A stretch of DNA of 64,000 nt from Picochlorum sp. SENEW3 (Eukaryota): contig CP120464.1 in the NCBI GenBank assembly GCA_034226945.1, positions 434,001 through 498,000 of the forward strand, read 5' to 3'. The number at the start of each line of letters is the position of its first letter. Position 1 is the first letter of the stretch. This document shows, one piece after another, positions 46,843-57,184 of this stretch. The notes below the pieces were generated by a model. That model was given only the letters and a program-made list of their open reading frames with translations. It was not told where the DNA came from and did not search any database. A program made the position numbers and the translations under genes.

Positions 46843-49800
46843 TTATTTGAGATGCTGTGACGCCTTTGAGGCGCTTGTGTCTTGAAAATCAGATGCAAAT
46901 GGCCATGGGGCGGCACAGGGCTTGGAACAGTCATCATCATCAACCTTGTCATCTTGGTCTTCCCATCGTATTTCGATGGCTGTGTCCTCTCCATTGATTC
47001 GTTGTCCGAGACGAACATGGATGAAAAGAGTGTCGTTGCAGCATTCTTCTTCATAGATCATGTCATCTGTCTGGGGCATGTACTGTAGATTGGACTTTGA
47101 GGGGAGTGGTACATAGACTCTGGTTCCTGATCCTAGTTTGCCATAGTCTCCTCCTGTTGTGTCGGCGTACCATTCGATATTTGGGAACATTTGTGATTCT
47201 GCTGGGACGGCGAGCACCAGATCGACAGTTCTTGCTGGGTCGCTGGATGGATTATAGTCCATCTTCTCCATGGTGATGAAGGTTGGCTTGTCATCTGCCA
47301 TGTACAGGCGTGCGCAGTCTTCAAAGTCTTCGATACCGAAATCGAGGAGGTACATTTTTCCTACGGCTGCTTTGAATATGTACCTGTATCTGTAGAAATC
47401 ATCAGATTCTGATGGTCTGCCAATGCCTGCATCGTCCATGTATCCTACCCCAGCATATGTGCGTTCAACATCATCCTCTGCTGCATAGTCAAGAAGGAGC
47501 AACGATGGCGTGCATTGGAGCTCTCCTGGACCATCGCCACTGGTGTATAGATTTGTGCGGGAGAAATCGACGGAGAATGTCGTCATCCATACATCTCTTG
47601 CGTCGCACAGGATGGCATCAATCAAATCGTAGTCTTTGCCTGAATGGACTCGTTCGTCAAGGCACCCGACACCATTTGGTCCATCACCTTCACCAAGAAG
47701 GAATAGATCGTCATCTCCGGATGGAACCATAGCATATGCGCCCGAAGGGAATTCTGATGCCATGTCCCCAAGGGCACTTGCATGAAGGAATACTGTTTCA
47801 TGGTTGCCATAGTTTTGCTCTGCATGAAGTCTCACAATATGTCCAAGTGGGGTTGACGATGTCACATCATTACCATTCTGGATGACCTTGACGTCCTTGA
47901 CTTGTCGACCTCCGACTGGGAATTCAATTCCAATGCCAGGTTTGACATGAATTCCCTGAACATCATTAATTCCACAGGCTGGCGATGGGGCCCAGTCCAC
48001 TAATGTGAGGTCATTGACTTCTTGTGCCCCGACTTGACCTTCATTGGATAAGGTGACGCCAGAAAGATACCTGTTGTCGGATGTTGCAATCTCATACAGA
48101 TCATCAGGAAAGCCTGATGGGTGGCTTGTTTCTGGCCATGGGTGGCATTCTGATGAGCATGATCCTGGATTGAGTCCAGGGACGCCACGATTCTTCATCT
48201 CTGAACACCACATGTTTTTATTCAGCGTGTTTGTGTGAGAATCACTGGTGGCCACCACAAGACCAGTGATTTGTTGTCGATCAAATTGACTCAAGCCAGC
48301 AGGACCTGTCTGATCTCTGTACAATTGAGCAAAGCTCATGGCCACAGAATCTGACACGGATGTGAAATCCTTGAACTGAATATTTGTAGAGGAAAGGTAT
48401 ACTGCTGTACCAACATCCCTGTGTTTATACGTGAGGGTATTCTCAAGAACCTGTAGAGGCTGGGTGGCACACCTGTCACCACCAAACTCATCATCATTTC
48501 TTGGAAGAATGCCAAACCCTCCGGCTGGATCACCATTTTCGTATTCGACATCAGAATCCATTCTTAGATCGGAAGATGTGGAACCAAATATCGTGAATTT
48601 GTTTGGACCGTCCTTGAGGTAATGATAGGTGTTCATTTTTGGTGCACATGGATACCAGTCATGCCATATCCAGACCCCACTGAAATGGTTGCTATGTGCC
48701 TTGTTGTTTTTGAATGACATCAGGCTCGATGCGACCGCCTGTGGATGACTGAGCAATTCTCCTTCGGAATGAGAATCCACTTTGAACCAGTATCCAACAC
48801 CTCTGTTTGTGTCTGCTGCCACATTGTTCTCGAATTTATTGTTAAAATTGGTGATCCAAAAGGCAGATGGAAGATCGTCGTGAACATCTTCTCTCCAATC
48901 TTGGACGAGCTGTGGTTGAGTGGCCACCACAATATTATTGGTCACATCCCCGCTGGTCTCTGTCCCATCTTCCCAAAAGAGTGCATGGCCTCTGATATTA
49001 TAAGACGCTGTATTCCGAATAGGAAGGCCTCGAGTATCGTGGATGGTGATTGACCTCTGAAATGTGTCATGAATGGCACAACTATCAACATAACTCTTGG
49101 ATCCTTTTCCTTTCAACCGGTGGAAATGAAGCGGGTACCTTGCAAGGCGTCCGGCCTGACCCAGGAAAGGACCAATCTCCACATGCTTTAATTCTACTTT
49201 ATCAGCGCTTGGAACAATCATAATATGACCTCCATACACTGGGTCCACAGAAGACTGGTCGTACAATGCTCTGATGTTGCCAAATGATGGGAAGCCATCA
49301 AGGTCTCCAACAGACTTTGGCTTCTGGCCTCTAATTTGGATATTTCTCGATAGCCAGAGTACTTCAGACCGTTGATCCACAGATCTTCCAGCAATTGTAT
49401 CTGGTGAATTTGCACCATAGTGACTATAGGACAAGGGCTCGTCCAACCCAATCTGTATTTGACTTCCCAACGTATCCACTGTCCTAACTGTCCTCCGTTC
49501 ACTCATCGAGTTCCTCATGCTCGACACGGTATAGTACTCTTCCCCGTTGTATACAGCTGAAAGATCGTGGAAATCAGAGTTTGTCACAACAATCTCGTCT
49601 CCAGGCTGCCAGGATGATGCATCACGAGATTCAACCAGTATCTCCTTGGCACCAGCTTTGGCATTCTCAGCAAGCCTTGTCCAACTTGCTCCCGGCTTTC
49701 CATACAACTTTAATGCTCCATCACTAGAGACAATCAATGCTTTATTTGAAACCCCAACACTCTGAGGACCACTATCGATGGAACGAGAGTAAATACCTTT

Positions 49801-51015
49801 GCTGTATGAATCAGTCAGCAGAATATCAAGCTTGTTGCCATCCCAGGGTGCATCTGGCTCCCCAGCCACGATTTCTCCTCCATTCACGAGGATAGAGTCA
49901 GCTGTAATCCTCTTCTCACCACCATTTTCCACTCGCAACGTGGATCGAATCTCCAAGATATACAGACTTGGAGTTGACTCATCCAATACCACATCTCCAG
50001 ACATTCCAGACGGCATAATCACAGAATCTCCATCTTCAACTCCTCCAAATTGAGAGACCCAAGAGCTCCACGATCCCCCGCTGCACGGTGGCGGTGTGCA
50101 ACGCTGTGTAGCAGCAGGCTTTGGTGAACCAGAACACTTGCTCTCCGGCACAACATCTTTCCTATCACCCTTCTCCCCATCATAACTCTGCACATACGTC
50201 TCTGACCCCAACACCGTGGCAGGATGATCACACCATACATCCCTCTCCTGTATGCCTGAATCTTGTGACGCATCATACGGGCATGCCCCTTGTGTAGATT
50301 CATGAATGCAACCCTGCCAAGCACCAGTCTTCCATTCATACAATTCACTATCAACCCATGCACCATCTTCGACATCAACCTCAATATCAGCACACAAATA
50401 AGCTCGATTATCACTCTCCAAAGAATAATAATTCACAGGAAATGTCCCAATCAAATTCCCTGGGTTGACATTTACTGCAACTTGAATTGTCCTTTCTGGC
50501 CCACCAAATGCTTCATTGCTGTAGTCAAGTGCAGGAATATATGAATGCAGTACCCCATTATCCAGTTCAGACTCCTTAATTTCCTGGTACATCATGATTC
50601 TCTCCACAGGATTTGGGTTCAGCACCCTGGATGATGTCGGCTGAAGAATGCCAACAGAATAATACATAATCCCGTTCTTCTTCCAATCAAAGCTGTGAGA
50701 AATCTCACTCTCAAACCACGATCTTGAAACCAACTCATTCATAAGGTCCGCCACCGGAATATCAACTTGCTCACTGGGATACACCCTCGTCCTTTTCCCC
50801 CTAGAGCCCCCACCACTCGCAGGCTCGCCAAGATCATAGGACAAATCACATCCACGAGACTCCTGGGGAGTATTCTTTCCACATCCATTGCAATGCCTCC
50901 ATTGTAACGATGCTTTTCCCTGAGAAAAGTCAACACACATCGACGACCAGGCAAATATCAGCACCCAAAGTCGTCTCAGAGTTCCAGCCACACCCATACC
51001 TCCTCCGGAATCCAT
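46843..51015 (-). CDS. Large secreted G8-domain / parallel beta-helix protein (TMEM2/CEMIP/fibrocystin-like) with a TSP1-like repeat
   Basis: Signal peptide; WKTGAWQGC...QERDVWC...KPAATQRCTPPPC; G8 region; SWTRLA...SWQPGDEIVV; LSRNIQIRG; GQAGRLARYPLHFH; HDTFQRSITIHDT; GHALFWEDG; SAFWITN. Intronless. Confidence 0.85.
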   Translation of the reverse strand: MDSGGGMGVAGTLRRLWVLIFAWSSMCVDFSQGKASLQWRHCNGCGKNTPQESRGCDLSYDLGEPASGGGSRGKRTRVYPSEQVDIPVADLMNELVSRSWFESEISHSFDWKKNGIMYYSVGILQPTSSRVLNPNPVERIMMYQEIKESELDNGVLHSYIPALDYSNEAFGGPERTIQVAVNVNPGNLIGTFPVNYYSLESDNRAYLCADIEVDVEDGAWVDSELYEWKTGAWQGCIHESTQGACPYDASQDSGIQERDVWCDHPATVLGSETYVQSYDGEKGDRKDVVPESKCSGSPKPAATQRCTPPPCSGGSWSSWVSQFGGVEDGDSVIMPSGMSGDVVLDESTPSLYILEIRSTLRVENGGEKRITADSILVNGGEIVAGEPDAPWDGNKLDILLTDSYSKGIYSRSIDSGPQSVGVSNKALIVSSDGALKLYGKPGASWTRLAENAKAGAKEILVESRDASSWQPGDEIVVTNSDFHDLSAVYNGEEYYTVSSMRNSMSERRTVRTVDTLGSQIQIGLDEPLSYSHYGANSPDTIAGRSVDQRSEVLWLSRNIQIRGQKPKSVGDLDGFPSFGNIRALYDQSSVDPVYGGHIMIVPSADKVELKHVEIGPFLGQAGRLARYPLHFHRLKGKGSKSYVDSCAIHDTFQRSITIHDTRGLPIRNTASYNIRGHALFWEDGTETSGDVTNNIVVATQPQLVQDWREDVHDDLPSAFWITNFNNKFENNVAADTNRGVGYWFKVDSHSEGELLSHPQAVASSLMSFKNNKAHSNHFSGVWIWHDWYPCAPKMNTYHYLKDGPNKFTIFGSTSSDLRMDSDVEYENGDPAGGFGILPRNDDEFGGDRCATQPLQVLENTLTYKHRDVGTAVYLSSTNIQFKDFTSVSDSVAMSFAQLYRDQTGPAGLSQFDRQQITGLVVATSDSHTNTLNKNMWCSEMKNRGVPGLNPGSCSSECHPWPETSHPSGFPDDLYEIATSDNRYLSGVTLSNEGQVGAQEVNDLTLVDWAPSPACGINDVQGIHVKPGIGIEFPVGGRQVKDVKVIQNGNDVTSSTPLGHIVRLHAEQNYGNHETVFLHASALGDMASEFPSGAYAMVPSGDDDLFLLGEGDGPNGVGCLDERVHSGKDYDLIDAILCDARDVWMTTFSVDFSRTNLYTSGDGPGELQCTPSLLLLDYAAEDDVERTYAGVGYMDDAGIGRPSESDDFYRYRYIFKAAVGKMYLLDFGIEDFEDCARLYMADDKPTFITMEKMDYNPSSDPARTVDLVLAVPAESQMFPNIEWYADTTGGDYGKLGSGTRVYVPLPSKSNLQYMPQTDDMIYEEECCNDTLFIHVRLGQRINGEDTAIEIRWEDQDDKVDDDDCSKPCAAPWPFASDFQDTSASKASQHLK

Positions 51016-51405
51016 CGTAATTTTTTGTTACACAGAAGAGATCTACATATATACATATAATTGAATCAATAGTAGATAGCATGGTCGTTTTTGCACAGGT
51101 TGTTCCGCCATAGTTGGTACTCGGCAGTACTGTGAGGGTAGAACAAAGTTCGCTACCGTATGATTTGAATACGTACTTGCATATCTAAAACTAAAATTGT
51201 TTAAACAATAATGCAAACTCAGTGTGGATCAAGGCATTGTAGATCAAACCGTCACGTAATCGGAGCGCGTGCTCGACGACAGCTTCCATGGCCATGGTGG
51301 CTACCATTTTTTTACAGGCGATCTAAACGACTTGGATCTCGAGACAAACAACTAGATTTGGATGATTAATCAGCCGTACTACATGGTAATGAAAATATCA
51401 TCCTA

Positions 51406-52272
51406 CTATTGCTGCTGCGATAGAAATGTATCGTTCGCCTGCAAGATTTTTTGATGAATATTACGTCGTTTTGGTCCATGTTGCCTATACAGTGCCACAC
51501 CAAGCACCCGCTTTAATAAATGCACCTGCATAGCATTCAGCTTTTGTTTACGATACAAAGAATGCTGTCTATGTAACCAGCGAGATGCTTCGATCAATTC
51601 TGATGTCCGTAACCGCGCCTCAGCACTCCTAGTATCACAGTCCTCTTGCTCTCCCATTCCAAGAAGAGTGTCCCAGGCATCATCTTTCGGATCATCATGC
51701 CCAAAATACGCATCTATCCGTGTAATCTCATGCTCTTCTTTGAATTCACGGAGTATATGAAAATTAGTAAACCATTTCGATTCGATGGTATTCATCTTCC
51801 ACACCATACCGGCATCATCCAATTCCTTCACCTGCTTCTCTGTCAAGCTATTTCGCAACCGTCTCATGCTGCTCATCCACTGAGACAAAACCTGTCCATC
51901 GCGTACGCTCTTTGGTATTACTGCTTTCTTATAGACATCCCTCCATCTTCGCAATGCATCCACCATGGCAGGATCCACCTCGATGGCGATGGAGTTTTCT
52001 TCACAAGAACCAGAAGAACAGGGTTGTTCATCACCATGGCCTATGGCAGACCTCTGCGACATCGCATGAGATGGTTTGAATACTCTATACGAGTCTTCTG
52101 TATATGATGGAATTACTGGTGCACCGTAACGGCAATGCTTCCATGTATTCAAGCACGTCTTGCATTTCAAGTCTGCATGAAAACGTCTCGCAGCATGTAG
52201 CGATTGCACGCTTGCATGCTTTTCCATATACATATATTTCATGATGTAATTAAGTAATTGATTGATGTGCAA
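51406..52272 (-). CDS. Helicase-associated (HA) repeat domain protein, possibly organellar nucleic-acid binding
   Basis: LSQWMSSMRR...LTEKQVKELDDAGMVW, WFTNFHILREFKEEH and WLHRQHSLYRKQKL match the HA repeat pattern. Start uncertain. Confidence 0.65.
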   Translation of the reverse strand: MHINQLLNYIMKYMYMEKHASVQSLHAARRFHADLKCKTCLNTWKHCRYGAPVIPSYTEDSYRVFKPSHAMSQRSAIGHGDEQPCSSGSCEENSIAIEVDPAMVDALRRWRDVYKKAVIPKSVRDGQVLSQWMSSMRRLRNSLTEKQVKELDDAGMVWKMNTIESKWFTNFHILREFKEEHEITRIDAYFGHDDPKDDAWDTLLGMGEQEDCDTRSAEARLRTSELIEASRWLHRQHSLYRKQKLNAMQVHLLKRVLGVALYRQHGPKRRNIHQKILQANDTFLSQQQ

Positions 52273-52669
52273 AACAGGTCACATTAAATCATGCCTAGGT
52301 AGTAGAATGATCGAAGAAAGTTTCTATACTAAACAAGGAAGGGCGATCTTCCTTATATAGAAAATCCTGCAGAGCTCTTTCTCGAGAATCCTATATGTAT
52401 AGAGCCTCGAGGCTTCGTTCAATCGATATCTACATTCGGTTTCAAGAAAAATATGACCAATACGTTTTCTTGGTGGAAGAAGTATTTACTGTTACACATC
52501 TCGGTCATGAGTAGATAAAAGAAAGAAATCTCGGATAATTTGTTTCATTTCCACGTCAGACAGACAGAACGTACCTCAGTGAATCTTTGATTTAGCAATT
52601 TACGATAGATAGATAACTCAAATAGTATCAATTGTATGGTGGAGTGCCATACGTCATATTGTTATTTGT

Positions 52670-53278
52670 ATGCCGAGTTTGATTGACAAGATTGGAGGGC
52701 CCGAAGCGGCCATGGGGGTTTTGATCCCAGCTGTCGAGTTATTTTATAAAAAACTGCTGTCAGATGACGAAGTTTCTGGGTATTTCGACGGAGTGGATAC
52801 TGAGAAGATTAAGAAGAAGCAGGTGGAATTCCTCGCGTATGTTTTCGGAGGACCCGCAGAGTATACTGGAAAGGATATTGCAGAAGCTCATAAAAAATTG
52901 ATTGACGAGCGTGGGTTGAATGAATACCATTTCGACGTCGTGGCTGGTCATTTCCATGACACCTTGGTGGAGCTTGAATGTCCGAGTGAGATTGTGGAGG
53001 AGGCTGATGCCATCCTGCTCACATCGAGGCCAATATTTGAAAGGAAGCCACCGGAAGATGATCCATTGGGCAGGGCTCTTGCTGAGATTGAAAGAATTCG
53101 AAATGAGCAGGAGCATGACATTGATAAGCTGACCCACAGTTTGGAACGAGTGTTTGAGAAGAGCAGTGAGGAGGATATGGAGATTATACGCTCTGGGTTG
53201 CGGATGCGTGGGTCTGGTATTGTCGAATTTCTGGATGAGTTTCGACATCAGCATTTGCCAAACAAAACTGACGCATGA
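52670..53278 (+). CDS. Group I truncated (2/2) haemoglobin with a C-terminal extension
   Basis: SLIDKIGG, VELFY (Tyr B10), YF (CD1), QVEFLAYVFGG, YTGKDIAEAH (His F8), HFDVVAGH. Confidence 0.92.
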   Translation: MPSLIDKIGGPEAAMGVLIPAVELFYKKLLSDDEVSGYFDGVDTEKIKKKQVEFLAYVFGGPAEYTGKDIAEAHKKLIDERGLNEYHFDVVAGHFHDTLVELECPSEIVEEADAILLTSRPIFERKPPEDDPLGRALAEIERIRNEQEHDIDKLTHSLERVFEKSSEEDMEIIRSGLRMRGSGIVEFLDEFRHQHLPNKTDA

Positions 53279-53348
53279 TGATGCGTTGCAAGATCGGATC
53301 TGATTTTTTTTTTCCTACCTATTTTTTATTGAGTAATGCCGTACATTC

Positions 53349-54488
53349 TTACATCTTCTTCTTATTTTTGGCACTAGAACTACTGCTTCCTGAAACACTC
53401 CAAGCCCCGAGGATATCGTATCCCGTCTTAATCATAGCAAGCTCAAATGCAATGTGAGCAATACTGCTCAGCCTGACTTTTGAACCAGGGATCTCAGTCC
53501 ACACGACTTGCACCTCATTCATGGGCACATGGAGAGTCTGAGCTATCTTAATCAGTTCGACATCAAATGCCCAACGCTGAAGTCGTTGCTGAGGAACAAT
53601 CATTTGAGCTGCTTTTCTAGTCATGAGCTTGAAGCCACACTGTGTATCTCGTACAGTATTGCCCACAACAAGCGTTACTAGTGCATGGAACCCATGCATG
53701 AGAAAATTTCGCACAGCAGTCCTTTTCGCCATGGCTTGATTCTGAAGATGGGCCCTTGATCCAAGCACAAACACTGGTTCTTCTTCTGCAGACATGGGGA
53801 CGGCAGTCATCGGCTTTTGCCCACCAACCATGTACGGATTGCCCTTCCTCTCCCATGATGGCGGTGTCTGCGCATCTTGACTTTCATTCGATTCTTTTTG
53901 CAATATAGTTTGCATACTTCTCTCCAACTTTTCAATCTCTGATACTCCCGTCGCACCATCAGCATCCATAAATAACACCTCTTTTCCTCGAGTGCACATA
54001 ATACCTGCCTTGACAGCATACCCCTTTCCCTTATTGCCAGGAAGGGACAGTACTCGAACAGCATCCACACCATGCTTCTTCACAAATTTGAACGCTTCTT
54101 CAGTCGTTCCATCCTTACTTCCATCGTCCACCACAATCACCTCGTAGGTAAAATGTGGTCCAGCACGATCCCTCCGTCGCTGCAGATAGGCCATGGTCTC
54201 CTCTAATGTTGCTGGCAACCGAACCTCTTCATTATATGCTGGAATAACAATAGACAAAGATTTACTCGCTCTCTCATCAAATAACGACGGAGCAGGGATC
54301 CTATTCACAGATGTAGGACTCTCAAATGAGAAATCAGCCACCCTGTGTTCCTTCTCTTCCTCCAAAGAATCAAAAAACCGTCTCAGCAGCCTCATACCGA
54401 CTCCTACGCAGATACCTAGAACTATCAAAGGTGAAATCAGGAACATGGAAGAATACGTTGTCGACTGATGGTCGCTTCCAAGTGTCAT
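53349..54488 (-). CDS. ALG5: Dolichyl-phosphate beta-glucosyltransferase
   Basis: SIVIPAYNEEVRL, VDDGSKD, NKGKGYAV, FMDADG, GSRAHL, DTQCGFKL, WAFDVEL, WTEIPGSK. Confidence 0.95.
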   Translation of the reverse strand: MTLGSDHQSTTYSSMFLISPLIVLGICVGVGMRLLRRFFDSLEEEKEHRVADFSFESPTSVNRIPAPSLFDERASKSLSIVIPAYNEEVRLPATLEETMAYLQRRRDRAGPHFTYEVIVVDDGSKDGTTEEAFKFVKKHGVDAVRVLSLPGNKGKGYAVKAGIMCTRGKEVLFMDADGATGVSEIEKLERSMQTILQKESNESQDAQTPPSWERKGNPYMVGGQKPMTAVPMSAEEEPVFVLGSRAHLQNQAMAKRTAVRNFLMHGFHALVTLVVGNTVRDTQCGFKLMTRKAAQMIVPQQRLQRWAFDVELIKIAQTLHVPMNEVQVVWTEIPGSKVRLSSIAHIAFELAMIKTGYDILGAWSVSGSSSSSAKNKKKM

Positions 54489-55038
54489 TATCGTATTGCA
54501 ACTGTTTCCTTGCAGACCAAAAAGCGTTGACTCTAAAGCACGATAGAATGCCTCACCAACATGCCACTCTATCGATATCAGACTTCAATGCAGTGGAATA
54601 GTAGATCATTTAAAGACTGCACTGCGCTGTTGTGTTCTGTTTGGTCTGGATGAACAGATCACAGAGGCAGACTGTCACGCTCTAATCCCTTGCTTGTGTG
54701 TACTATTAGGATTATACAACGATACTATGAAATATTTATGCCCAAGGCATGCCGTTGACGAGTTGATTTGTCATGGGAATTACTCTCCTTATATAGAACA
54801 TTACGCTCGACTGCCCAGGACATTTGTATCACCTGGCTACGTTCTGCCATATATACAGATGACTATCGTTTGAAAATTCTCTCGACGCAAGTGATATCGA
54901 CATTGTTCGGGTGCTGAGGAGCGTTTCATTTAGACCCACACTCCGGTTCAAGACTGATTGATTGATTTTCAGAACACCTGGCGAATCGTCATATTATTCT
55001 GTCATATTTATCAGTGGGTTATTTAATATCGAGACAAC

Positions 55039-55899
55039 ATGCCTGATCGACAGCCGCAGAGTGCGACAAAGCCTAGCCTAGATAGAAGCAAGGCTGGACA
55101 AATTAATCTTACAGTCATTCAGAGGATGGATTCGGAGGTGGAGGAGGTGATTGCTACATCTGGTCATGTTGCGTTGTATGATTTTGATACGGCATCTAGC
55201 CAATGGTCGCGAAAAGACGTGGAGGGCAGTTTGTTCTTGGTCAAGAGACGGGGGTCACCAAGGTTTCGGTTTGTTATTCTGAATAAAAAGGGTGATGACA
55301 ACTATTGGGAGGACGTAGGATCCAATTTCAGTTGTGAAAAGCAAGAGCCATATGTCATGTACAGGAACGGTGCTGCTGGCGTGGTGGGGATTTGGTTTTA
55401 TGAGACTGCCGACTGTCAGAAATTTGCAGAGTTGTTTGAAAAGATTGCTTCAACCTTTGCAGCACCAGAAGATGCCTCTATTGATATGCAGAGACAACAC
55501 CAGTCGATGCCTGAATCGGGTGGAATGTTTCGAAATGCACAGATGCCGATGGAAGGGAGTCAGGGATCACACCAACCAGCTGTAGTTTCCAGTCCATCTG
55601 CTGGGACAGGAAATCCCTTGGCACAAGTGTTTGCTGGTATGAAGGTAGCACAGAAGAAAGAACAACCGCCTTCCGCGTCAAGCTTGCCATTATTGACTCC
55701 TCAGCATTTCCAGCATCATCAGCAACAAAATCAGGGCACGGCATTGTTGCAATCATTGAATGCAACATCACGTCAGACACAGTCTGACACCTCTGTAGAC
55801 AAGGTGCAGTCACTGCTACATTCCTTATCACAAAATAGAGCCTTCTGTGAACTGTTGTGCAATGAGATGAAAAAATGTGGTCTGTTTGACACCGTGTAA
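55039..55899 (+). CDS. DCP1: mRNA decapping factor DCP1
   Basis: NLTVIQRMD...HVALYDFD...WSRKDVEGSLFLVKR...GIWFY (EVH1 domain); C-terminal trimerisation-like helix. Confidence 0.93.
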   Translation: MPDRQPQSATKPSLDRSKAGQINLTVIQRMDSEVEEVIATSGHVALYDFDTASSQWSRKDVEGSLFLVKRRGSPRFRFVILNKKGDDNYWEDVGSNFSCEKQEPYVMYRNGAAGVVGIWFYETADCQKFAELFEKIASTFAAPEDASIDMQRQHQSMPESGGMFRNAQMPMEGSQGSHQPAVVSSPSAGTGNPLAQVFAGMKVAQKKEQPPSASSLPLLTPQHFQHHQQQNQGTALLQSLNATSRQTQSDTSVDKVQSLLHSLSQNRAFCELLCNEMKKCGLFDTV

Positions 55900-56123
55900 T
55901 ACACTCGATCAATGCATGGTGATCATGCAGTTCAATGCTGCCTCGATCAACACGAGGACACGTGGGAATTCCACGTGGCTCGATGTATCCGAGAAACAGG
56001 AACACGCTGCATTTGCAGGGTTCTAGAACCGCACATCTCGATGCGTTCCCGCACTTTAAAAAGATCATAGTCTGAACAGATTCTGTTGCTGTTGTCTGGA
56101 TATATTCATCGTTACAAACAAGG

Positions 56124-56855
56124 ATGAACAAGTTTGCTTTGTGTGTCTTGGCCTTTGCAGCCACAGCAGTCTCTGGTGCGTCAACCCCAACGTTATTTCA
56201 CTCGTATTCTGATCTGGGGGGAGCTCTGTGTGAATAAAGATCATGCTTATATGAGGATGAAAATCGTGGCACTGGGAGCATGGTGCACAAGGGCGTTTGC
56301 ATGTTTGGTGGTGGTAGTAGTAGTAGCTCATATCCAAGAAGTCAAGTGTGGTTGTCTCGATGCCCTAAAGATCTTTCGTCTTATGATGCAGTGAACGGAG
56401 AGTATTGCGATGCTTCTTCCACCATTGTGGAGATTGCCGCCAGCCAGCCCGACTTTTCCACCCTGGTTCTTGCTGTCCAGACTGCTAACTTGACTGATGC
56501 CTTGTCTGCTCCTGGTCCATTGGATGTCTTCGCCCCAACCAACGCAGCCTTTGCTAACGCTCTTGCTGCTCTCGGTATCACTGCCGAGGAACTCCTCGGT
56601 CAGACTGAGCTTTTGCAGCAGATCTTGGCATACCATGTGGTTGCTGATGGAGCTTCCTGCGATACTCCTTTGGAAGGAGTTGTCGAGACTCTTCTCCCAG
56701 GAAACACCTTGACTGTGGAGGGAAGTGTTGTCACCGATGGAAACGGAGGCACAGCCAACATTTTGGGAACTGTTCCAGCAAAGAATGGTCAGATTTTCAT
56801 CATTGACAGTGTGTTGCTTCCAGCCCCAGCTGCTGCTGCTCCAGCAATGGAGTAA
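56124..56855 (+). CDS. Secreted fasciclin (FAS1) domain protein
   Basis: Signal exon MNKFALCVLAFAATAVS, then an intron, then FSTLVLAV...VFAPTNAAF...ILAYHVV...NGQIFIIDSVLLP. Confidence 0.92.
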
Positions 56856-57043
56856 ACCGGCCTCCTAGATGTTTCTGCAGAAACAGTTTTGTTCATTGAA
56901 CAAAATAAGCAGGTATAAATTGATCGATTTGAGATGTCATGCCATTATTTTGAACCATGATTTTGGAATGTAACAGTCTCTTCCATTTACCTCACCGCTC
57001 CTTGTGAATGCATTATTGACGCATGCAGAATGGTAACAATATG

Positions 57044-57058
57044 AAAAGGCAAAAGAAA
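57044..57058 (-). terminator. Putative Pol III terminator (T-runs) downstream of the permuted tRNA
   Basis: TTTCTTTTGCCTTTT starts 4 nt after G37. Confidence 0.55.
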
Positions 57059-57061
57059 GCA

Positions 57062-57147
57062 CTGCAGTCGACCGCTCTACCAGATTGAGCTATATGTCCC
57101 TGTGGACGCTGAGGACACAACCGGATTCGAACCAGCAACCTGTCGAT
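57062..57147 (-). tRNA. Circularly permuted tRNA-Cys(GCA): 3' half 57147-57112, 12-nt spacer, 5' half 57099-57062
   Basis: Minus strand reads ATCGACAGGTTGCTGGTTCGAATCCGGTTGTGTCCT cagcgtccacag GGACATATAGCTCAATCTGGTAGAGCGGTCGACTGCAG. Swapping the halves gives a full cloverleaf with anticodon GCA and discriminator U73. Confidence 0.92.
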
Positions 57148-57184
57148 GTCAGATGTTATAAGCGTGAAACTGTGGATTTTGTGC

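Noticed and set aside
52379..52414. Palindromes TTCTCGAGAA and AGCCTCGAGGCT upstream of the haemoglobin gene
   Set aside because: Too short to assign a function without comparative data.
55478..56164. 228-aa - strand ORF
   Set aside because: Overlaps DCP1 and the FAS1 5' region in antisense, with no coding hallmarks.
57062..57147. Reading the locus as two truncated tandem tRNA pseudogenes or as a normal intron-containing tRNA
   Set aside because: The halves are exactly complementary, abut at 37/38 with nothing missing or duplicated, and are in reversed order.
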